Assembly (NCBI GenBank): GCA_946965045.2 | Contig: OX337235.1 | Coordinates: 1,178,001 to 1,242,000 of the forward strand | Reading direction: 5' to 3' | From: Epithemia pelagica | Taxonomy: Eukaryota > Protista > Bacillariophyta | Length of the DNA: 64,000 bases | Shown: positions 1-8,300 of the stretch, in pieces | Position numbering within the stretch: position 1 is the first letter of the stretch | Layout of the letters: each line of letters starts with the position of its first letter | Translations under genes and position numbers: made by a program | Notes under the pieces: generated by a model | What the model was told of the DNA's origin: nothing | Databases searched by the model: none | What the model saw: the letters and a program-made list of their open reading frames with translations, nothing else

Positions 1-410
1 TGGCCAGCCGGGCCAAGCGTCTGCATCTCTTGAGAAGAAAAGCGGCGCTGAACGTCGGTGACGTCGACGCCATAGAAATGATAAACACCATTTTCTTGGG
101 TGAGACCATGGAAACTACGAGGTCGCGAGGATGAGGTGGTTTCCGAGATGAATCGGTGGCGTCCTTGGTTACGTGAAGGAACAGTAACGTCGGGAAAAAG
201 TTCGGATACTTCACGCGAGATATAGGAAATCGCGCCGTGAAGGTCGGAACGGAGGGTGATGCGAACGTGTCCTTTAATAACAGCGAACTCAGGTGAGGTG
301 ATTCGAATGTTGTCGATGAGAATTTTTACTTGGTTGGATGGGGTGCGACGGTTTGGCGTGTTTTCCAGGGTGCGAAAAGCCTTGAGTAACTTTGCAACTC
401 GGAAGCACAC
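1..410 (-). pseudogene. Truncated gag-like fragment of a third LTR retrotransposon family (CoDi-like), running off the window start
   Basis: Stop-free minus frame 410->1, absent from the ORF track because it has no ATG and is open at the edge: ...VAKLLKAFRTLE...NQVKILIDNI...DLHGAISYISREVSEL...FYGVDVTDVQRRFSSQEMQTLG. This resembles the C-terminal gag region of diatom copia elements (recalled from memory). An in-frame stop lies about 10 codons upstream of 410, so the 5' part is missing. Confidence 0.5.
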
Positions 411-818
411 CCAACCAAGCAAGATTCCGCCACCGCCCCATCATGATTCCCACGTCCCTCCAACACAGACTGACGTTGACACTATTGTCCTCGTACGAAG
501 CCAACGAGCTCACTCCTGTCGTAGGAATCCAATGCAACTCATTGATTTGACCATCCTTGTCCTACAATGCGAACTTTAACGTTGCAACACGTATCCTGAC
601 GCATGCGGTGGATGGGCAAACCCGCAATTCTCGCGATCAATCCATATCGTGTAACAGCACAAAGATACTCGTCAGAGAGATCCTCTCCGCAGTCGTGCCC
701 TTCCTGATTCAGATTCCTAGTCGAATCAGAATCTCATCTCTCATCCAAAGTTGCTTTCCCACAAGGCTCATAATCTGCAAATCAAGCAACTTATCAACAC
801 AAACACCAAATCGTCAAC

Positions 819-1538
819 ATGAAGCTTTCTGCCGCCACTCTTGCCCTTTTCGCCACTGGTGCTTCTGCCTTCAACTTCGGCAAGGCCCCTGCTGCCTCCA
901 AGACCTCCTTGGAAGCCGCCTCCCTCAATGGCTGGACTCCTGATGCCACCAAGTTCGCCTACGGTCTTCCAGGATCTTTGGACCCTGTCCCTGAATTCGA
1001 CCCCTTGGGTTTTGCCGCTGATGCCGATTTGGACAAGGTGAAGCAATACCGTGAAGCCGAGCTCCAACACGGCCGTGTTGCCATGTTGGCCGTGATCGGT
1101 TTCCTTGTCACCGAAGAACCGATTGAGTTCCACCCTCTCTTTGAGGCCGCCAACAAGGACATTGGCCCTGCGATCCGTCATTTGGACGAAGTGCGTGCCG
1201 TTGCTCCTATTTTCTTTGAGTTGTTGGCTGTTGTGATTGGAACTTTGGAATTGAACCGTGCCTTGGTTGGCTGGATCCGTCCTTCGGAAGTCAAGAAGCA
1301 AGTGTTGAACGACGACTACTTCCCTGGTGATGTTGGTTTTGATCCTCTTGGCTTGAGGCCTGAAGACGAAGAGGAATTCCTCGCCTTGCACACCAAGGAA
1401 TTGCAAAATGGCCGTCTTGCCATGCTTGGAGCTGCTGGTATTGTCGCCCAAGAATTGGTGAACGCCAAGGAGATTTTTGTCAACTTGGGCTTGTCTCAAG
1501 ACCGATTGGACCCTTCTTCTCTTCCTGTTCAATTTTAA
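819..1538 (+). CDS. LHCX: Light-harvesting complex protein, Lhcx/LI818-like (copy A), 239 aa
   Basis: Bipartite-type presequence (GASA-FNF) and LHC motifs FDPLGF, REAELQHGRVAMLA, PGDVGFDPLGL, KELQNGRLAM. GPAIRHL and ELNRALVGW resemble the Lhcx subfamily. The subfamily call is less certain than the LHC call. Confidence 0.85.
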   Translation: MKLSAATLALFATGASAFNFGKAPAASKTSLEAASLNGWTPDATKFAYGLPGSLDPVPEFDPLGFAADADLDKVKQYREAELQHGRVAMLAVIGFLVTEEPIEFHPLFEAANKDIGPAIRHLDEVRAVAPIFFELLAVVIGTLELNRALVGWIRPSEVKKQVLNDDYFPGDVGFDPLGLRPEDEEEFLALHTKELQNGRLAMLGAAGIVAQELVNAKEIFVNLGLSQDRLDPSSLPVQF

Positions 1539-2271
1539 AAAGTACTGCAAACATTTGAGCATACCCAATTTGAGATCATTCATCAAGGGATAAAGTAAAA
1601 GGAAACGTTTTTCTTTAGTACCCAGTCAGGTGTCGTTATATCCAGAACAAAGTGGAATAGTCTTTGCATTCCATCTGCGACTATGAACAGTTAAGGCTCA
1701 ATGGAGAGAGTTCTAGAGTGAGAGCTTGCACACTCTACCTGATGGGTTGGATCGCGTAAGAGAAGTTGATGTGAAGGGTTTTTGTGCGAGAAAACGGTTT
1801 GACTTGCTTGATACATGGAAAGAACGACCTATGGAATCTCCGCATATGGTTGCATTGGTATCTATCCATAAGCTTCTTTCTCTGAGTTTGACTGTATTTG
1901 TGCACATTGTTGAACGATCGTGAAGGAGTCGGAAATACCATGTTGTCGTTTGGATTGGTTGCTGCTACCCTTCATCATAGAGTCTCCGGAGTTTTCAACG
2001 GTAACGCAACTCTCACAACTCTTGGATCGACGCTGATAAAAAAAAAGCCTGAATGCCTGATTTTTCTTGCGAAAGAACTGCCCTACTCCTATTTTTCTTT
2101 TGGTAGCAAAGTATCCGGTGTTGAGATGGAACCAAGATAGTTTTCGATTCTTTCTCTGACCGAGAGGAAAGAAAAGAGGAGACAGAAGACGCCTCCTCAG
2201 CTCCGTTCCTGCGGAGCATTTCTTGTCCTTTCGACGCAACTCTGACACTCACCCACATGACACGAACGATT

Positions 2272-2288
2272 TGGTCGAAAATTGTTCA
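2272..2288 (+). repeat. Left target-site duplication of the LINE (TGGTCGAAAATTGTTCA, 17 bp)
   Basis: An identical 17-mer occurs at 18396-18412, and the two copies bracket the LINE exactly. Confidence 0.9.
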
Positions 2289-2413
2289 AAAAAAAATTTA
2301 CAGTCTATTTTAACGCTGCCGCACGTATCCAGCTAGGATATCGCCGACCCACGCGCCGGGCCTCCGAGCTAACGAAGGCGAGGACTAACTGTAATGCAGA
2401 AACATGTAGCAAA

Positions 2414-4600
2414 CTAGGTGTGGTTGGCAGATTGTAGGATGACCAGTCTCCAAGTGTTGAGCCATGAACGGAGAGCAACAGAGGTCGTATCGATAGAGAA
2501 ATGTGTGTCAAGAGAGTCATAGAAGAGTGATGCGTCACGAGGGAGAACAGTATGGCGGATGGCGTACAAGGCGGCAACTTCACATTTCGCTTGGTCGTAT
2601 GCAGCGGTTTCGTGAGTCTGAGGAGTCGAGCCATGTAGAGCTTCATTCCGAGTGAGCCACAGTTTGTAAGTATGTGCCCAAACGATCTTGATCGTACCCG
2701 TAACAAATCGGGGACCAGAGATGGCAGCGTCAGGAGAGGAAGCAGAGAAGGAGTCTTGATGAGTCGACCAGAGGAGAGAAAACCGACCGAGAATCAGTTG
2801 ATCGAGTCCAATTTGTAATTGAGTGCGTTGAAGAGTGTAAAAGGGTGAAGTCGGAAGGAGAGGTGAAGGAGGGGAGGATGAGAACCAAGAATGTAGATAT
2901 TCGGTGAGAAGGGAACGAAGAGAGGGGTCGACATGATTATCTTGCCAGAAATCACGGAGAGAGTCGAGAAGAGCGCCTAACCATGATCGATTAGGACAAC
3001 GGAGAAAGTGATCCTGGTCTTCATGCGTAGGTTCTGAACAAGAAGGACAGGTATCAGAATAATACGAAGCGTATCGCGAACGTAGATGACCGAGAGGAAG
3101 CCATTGATGTAGAAACTTGATGACAAAATGTCGGCGCGAGAAATGAGAACGGACAACAATACCATGAGATTCCCAGTCAATAGATTGGAAAGTTTCAGGG
3201 GACCATTCGTGTTTGTTGCATAGGTAGTCACGTAGAGAAGGAGCTGACGCCAAAGTACGGAGAATAGACCGGTAATTAGAGTTGATCGTACCGTAGGGAC
3301 CATGTAGGAGAGCTGTTGCACCCCCAATAAGAGGGGCGATGCGCGATGAAATAGTTGGTGGGTAGATATAAGAAGAAGCAAGGGAGTCAGCTTCAATGTT
3401 CAATTGGGCTGGGAGAGAGAGAGTGGACGAATCGGCATGATTATCTTGATGGCCCTTTACATGGAGGAAAGCTGGGACTTGAGGCAATTGTCGAACAGTA
3501 GAGGAAATTGCTTGTTGAATATCCCAGTCGGGATTCATTGTAGAATAAGTAAAGTCGTACGACCATTCGAGCCGCTTGTGTATTGTTTGGATGAGACTCT
3601 TAGAATCGGTGTACACTGTGACAGCCTCAGGTAAAGGTTGGGCATAAAATTCAAACAGACGAAATAGAAAGCGAAGAATACTGAGACAACCGTAGCTTTC
3701 CGACCGAAAAGACGAAGTTCGATAACCGGGAGCAGGACCACTGAGACGAAAAAGCCTGACACCTTGAAGTGAACACCCAACGCAACCGAATGTGCCACGA
3801 AATTGCGCAGCGGATCCGTCGCTACATAGGAGAAGTTGTAGATTGGTATGAAACAGCTCCTGATGCAGAATTTCGAGAGAACAAAGAATATCATGTCCAG
3901 TGAGCAGTTGGGATTCCCAGTCGTCCAGTTCCGAGATATGGCTAGACAGATTGGGTGAATTGGCCACAGGTGGGGTTATCATCGCTGGAGAGACAGGTAG
4001 GAGAGTTCGTCGGCCATTGTGGTGTACGCTCTGCGCTGGAAGGCATTGCGATGGTAGCATAGAAACCAACGATGTGGTGGGAAAGAAGTAGGGACGTTGG
4101 TAGGTAAATCTTTCAAACCGGTCCTCGACCTGTACGTAGAGAGAGTATGTTGATGGGTCTAAATACTCGTTCCAGTGGCGGTATGTGTTGTAGCCAGTCA
4201 CCAGCCATGCACCAAGTGGGTTAAGCAGACGTTTCAAGGAACCGGGGGCAGTAAAAGTCAGCATCAGTCTTTTCCATAACACCCAAGCTTTCCGACTTGG
4301 ATTGGTTTGGTAAGGTAGTAGTCCTTTGGCTCGTGAGTGTGTATCCCGAGAACAATCAACAGCAAACAAGGATAGATATCTTCCATCAGCAGTCACAATA
4401 TCACTCATGAGAGTGACACCCAAGTAGAGTCGACATGCATTAACGAGACACAGCTCGGTGTCAGTGAAGTTCTGTGAAATCGCGTGATCCATAAGAAAGC
4501 TATCTCCGTGACGCTGGAGAGGTGGGACAAAAGTAGTTGCCAACTCAACAGTACATTTGACAGATGACAAAAAGTTTCGGACTTGTGGTACCCAGACCAT
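2414..4600 (-). CDS. LINE ORF2, 3' part (728 aa): RNase H and C-terminal zinc-binding region
   Basis: RNase H motifs CSDGS, FRSESYG, YTDSKS, HVKGHQD, NIEADSLA, and CPSC...HFLRC. Joins in frame to the 5' part (..HMEP|MVWVPQ..) once the copia and one AGGTT copy are removed. Confidence 0.9.
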   Translation of the reverse strand: MVWVPQVRNFLSSVKCTVELATTFVPPLQRHGDSFLMDHAISQNFTDTELCLVNACRLYLGVTLMSDIVTADGRYLSLFAVDCSRDTHSRAKGLLPYQTNPSRKAWVLWKRLMLTFTAPGSLKRLLNPLGAWLVTGYNTYRHWNEYLDPSTYSLYVQVEDRFERFTYQRPYFFPTTSLVSMLPSQCLPAQSVHHNGRRTLLPVSPAMITPPVANSPNLSSHISELDDWESQLLTGHDILCSLEILHQELFHTNLQLLLCSDGSAAQFRGTFGCVGCSLQGVRLFRLSGPAPGYRTSSFRSESYGCLSILRFLFRLFEFYAQPLPEAVTVYTDSKSLIQTIHKRLEWSYDFTYSTMNPDWDIQQAISSTVRQLPQVPAFLHVKGHQDNHADSSTLSLPAQLNIEADSLASSYIYPPTISSRIAPLIGGATALLHGPYGTINSNYRSILRTLASAPSLRDYLCNKHEWSPETFQSIDWESHGIVVRSHFSRRHFVIKFLHQWLPLGHLRSRYASYYSDTCPSCSEPTHEDQDHFLRCPNRSWLGALLDSLRDFWQDNHVDPSLRSLLTEYLHSWFSSSPPSPLLPTSPFYTLQRTQLQIGLDQLILGRFSLLWSTHQDSFSASSPDAAISGPRFVTGTIKIVWAHTYKLWLTRNEALHGSTPQTHETAAYDQAKCEVAALYAIRHTVLPRDASLFYDSLDTHFSIDTTSVALRSWLNTWRLVILQSANHT

Positions 4601-4605
4601 AGGTT

Positions 4606-5388
4606 TGTTACAATTCTTTCTGAATCGTAGGGACATTGATGCTCGGTAGAGCAGACAATCAGGTAGGTCACCAACCGATACAAGCTTCTCAGGGTCAGAG
4701 AAGCAAGCAAGTCAAAGTCTATCAGAAGGATAGTCGGGACACAAAAGAAGATGTGATAAATGGTGATATTGTTAGATTGTGTGTTGATTACTACGATAGG
4801 TCTACGTGAAATGTTCGGTCCTGCCAAGGGTCATGTATCATAGGTTCTTGGCGGCAACAGGTTTGGAATAGTTGGAGTCGATTCATGTGATGTATATGAC
4901 ATGTATATGTGGGCGGATAACATATACAGGGTCAACAGCTCTTGCTTTGGGTTGGCATAGTTGTTTTCATGGCGCGCAGCTTGTTGACAATTTGGAGATT
5001 GTGGGAATGGAAATATGGTCTCGCGTGATCGTGTGTCGTGCTTGGGATACTTAGACCGTTGGGTCGGATAGATGCCGACAGCGCTCGGATGTCGCTTGGG
5101 TGCGCTCGATGATTTCGGGCGCGTACGCTTAGGGCGTTAGTATAATGTCCGAGCAACGGCCAAATTTACGTCCGTTGTAATACCGCACGACCCAGTTTAG
5201 TCTTGAGAGTGAGTTCGTCAATCTATTCTCACTTTTCATGATTTGCGAAGAAATATAGGTCGATATAGCGCGAAGCTAGGGAACATAGCTCGAAGCTAGA
5301 TGGCATGATGCGATAGCACGAGGCTATGTGACATGGGGAATCGATGAGATGTAGAATCTAACCACCCTAGACGGTGAGAATTCTAACA
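4606..5388 (-). repeat. 3' LTR of copia 1 (783 bp)
   Basis: Matches 12207-12989 with 3 substitutions seen by eye. Preceded on the minus strand by a PPT-like ...GTGGGGAG (5389-5396). Confidence 0.97.
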
Positions 5389-8300
5389 CTCCCCACAACT
5401 CGTCGTTTCAGCCTTGTCATCATTGGATTTGTTGAGGTCTTGAACTTCTCCTTTCCAAAACAACAATGGCTTGAGCATAGGCCAAATAGATACGAAATCC
5501 CAATGTTTGCTAAGGATATCGGCAGGGTTGGTCTTTCCATCTTTCCAGTAGAATGCAACATACTTTGCTGCGATGGCTTCACGAACTCGGTGGTATGACA
5601 GAAGATGGTGTCTCTTGGATAGTATGGAATGAGGAACGGTTGCATTGAGCACAACAGATCTGTTATCTCCGTACATGTAACTTCGCTCTCGGATAGGTAC
5701 TCCAAGGTAGCGGAGAGAATGTCGTAATTCTGTAATCTGATCTATTGCTGTCCTTGCAGCCACAAACTTGGATCCATAGGTAGCAGTTTCCACCGTGCTC
5801 TGTCTCTTGCTGTACCAGTCAATAGGTGTTCCGTTCAACAAATGTAGAACAGCAGTGACGGATTTACCAGTGACTATGTCATGCATGAGATTGGCATCAA
5901 CATAATGAGTTGTGGTAACATAGCGGCCAAGAGGTGTTGGGCAGTCTTCAGGAATACGTTCACTTGCATTCGAATAGACAGTGCGAGTCCAATCAAATTC
6001 TTGGGTAGGAAGACTTGAATAATCAGGCTCTCCAATCCTAAATCTGATTGCGCCTTCTGGGAGATGTGCAAGGTATCCATAGATACGCTTGGCTCTATCA
6101 AGATGTCCTTTCCTCGGAGCAGCACGAAAGCGTGATAGCGTCATTGTAGCGGTGAAGACGTCGAAACGACCAATAGTGATCACCCATTGGAGTTGTCCAA
6201 TCAGAGTTTGGAAATGGCTAGTACCTTCTTCATCAAGGAGCTCAGAATCATCCAATTCAGGATGGTCTCCACCAATAAGAGGTGTTTTGGCTTTCTTGGG
6301 TTTCTCCTTGAAGATTCGTTCGAAAGTGTCCATCATCTTACCAATGTAGCGTCTTGGATCTGCTACTAATGTTCCATCAGAATCCTTGGTGTAACAACAT
6401 CCCAAGTGGAAATCAATAGGTCCATCTCCTTTGAGTTTGAAGTTGTATTTCTCCTTCAGGATCTTGCAGATATTCCCAGGATCAGTAGAAATAATGGCTA
6501 AGTCATCAACGTATACGGCAATGTATTCGTAACAGTCTTCTCCAGGTGCTTTCCTCATCCAGATATCCGGATCTGCTTTGCTTGGTGAAAATCCCATGTC
6601 TGTCAAAACATCGAATAAGACATCATGCCAGCGTGTGCCTGATGACTTCAATCCATAAAGTGCCTTGTATATAATCAGGATGTGACCTTCTAATTCCTTG
6701 AATTCAGGTCCTGCGACAATGAAAATTTTCTCCCCTGTCAAGGCTTCCAGATATGCGTTTCCAATATCTGCTCCCCATATTTCTAAGTCATTCAAAGTAC
6801 CCAGGAATAAGGCAATGCGGAGGTTGCGAATGGAAACAACACCTGAATAGATTGTCTCAACAGGTTCTTTTGTGAGATGTCCATCTGCGACAAGTCTTGC
6901 TTTATGTCGTCCATCATGTTTTACGTCAAAGACAAGATGTACACGTATCTTATGATATCCTTCAGGTGCATTGGATACTTTCCCTTTAATGAAGATGGCT
7001 TTCCCAAAATCCTTGAATGTCTTGTAGGACTGGATCTGTGACAATTCTAATTCTGTTGCATCCTGCCACTTTGTGTTGCCATGTTGTTTATCAAGAGCGA
7101 CAGCTTCCTCATAGTTGCGTGGTACTTGGAATCCAAACTTATACTTGACGGAATGGTGAACTTGTTTAATCCTTGACTGTTTGGCTGCTCGAATGAGACG
7201 TTTGCTTGTTTTGACATAGCGTTTCAAATGCTTCCATCCAGGTTCGTTGAGTAAACCATGTTTCTTTCCATAAATTGCTACAGTGATCGGATCATCATTG
7301 GCGATAAGTGATAAAGGTTCATAGGTAGTCTCCCCAGTTTCCCAATCAACAAGCAAATTATATTTGCTCCCCTTGTAATCTGGATCAGTTGTGTTCAGTG
7401 GGCCTTGATGGGCAATGACGTCCCTGAACCTGAAAAGATTATCTCCAGAGGTTTGAGCTTGGTTATCTCGTTCGATATACTCCATGAGTTGATTATAGGA
7501 TATCATCTCATCAACATCAGAATTTGTCTTTCGGTAGATGTACTTGACACGTTCTTCCTGTTTCGTTGCTTCTTCATTAAGATCAATGACTCGTTTGATG
7601 ACACGTGCACGGTGTCGCTCCCCATTTTCTTCTGTGTCGCATAGGAATGTGCGTCCTATCATGTCGTCAAAATCGATCGTGGGCATTGGTTTGGATGGAT
7701 CTTCACTATCACTGCGAATGAAGACAGTGTCAGCTTGCTTATCATTGTCATCCTTCTCAGACAAATCCTCCCCTGAAGGTCGATCCACACGTAGGTTAGG
7801 TGTAGTGGATTCAACACGGCGAACGGCAGAACGGTAGATTATCTGGTTATCCTGGGTGAGAATCTTCCAAGTAAAAGAATCACCAACGTTGTGAGCAAAA
7901 CCAACCCAGTGGCCAAGTTTCTCATCAGAAGAAGATGGATATGAACCAGAATTGGGTTCAGCGGGGTCGACACGGTAGTAAACCTCATCCCAGAAAGGAA
8001 AGAACAAGAGATGAGTAATGTCGGGTGGGCGTCCGGAGAGAGCCTCAAGAGGAGTGCGACCGGAATGGGTGGGTGATGACGTATGGTTCAATAAGTCACA
8101 GACATACTCAAGGCAAAGAAGCCAGGTGTTGGCAGGGCAACCAGTGGCATTCATGAGAGCGTTGGTCATACGTTTAACGGTCTGGTAACGGTTTTCAGCC
8201 TTATTCTGGTGTTGATGATAAGGTTCAGATCGATACTCCCCAATAAGCAAAGTGCGAAGAATGTCTTTGACCTTTTGAGAGATGAGAGATGAACCACCAT

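Noticed and set aside
768-1586. 272-aa and 254-aa (28081-28845) ORFs antisense to the Lhcx genes
   Set aside because: Shadow frames caused by strong codon bias in highly expressed genes.
1660-2271. Short ORFs between Lhcx copy A and the LINE
   Set aside because: No recognisable homology. The segment is best explained as the original intergenic region.
4405-5156. Small ORFs in the copia 1 LTRs (repeated at 12201-12757), and likewise in the copia 2 LTRs
   Set aside because: They recur only because the LTRs are duplicated and show no protein features.
6111-6122. TCCTCGGAGCAG in copia 1 pol matches the end of the 1.6-kb insertion
   Set aside because: A 12-nt match inside the conserved AAPRKG codons, compatible with chance.
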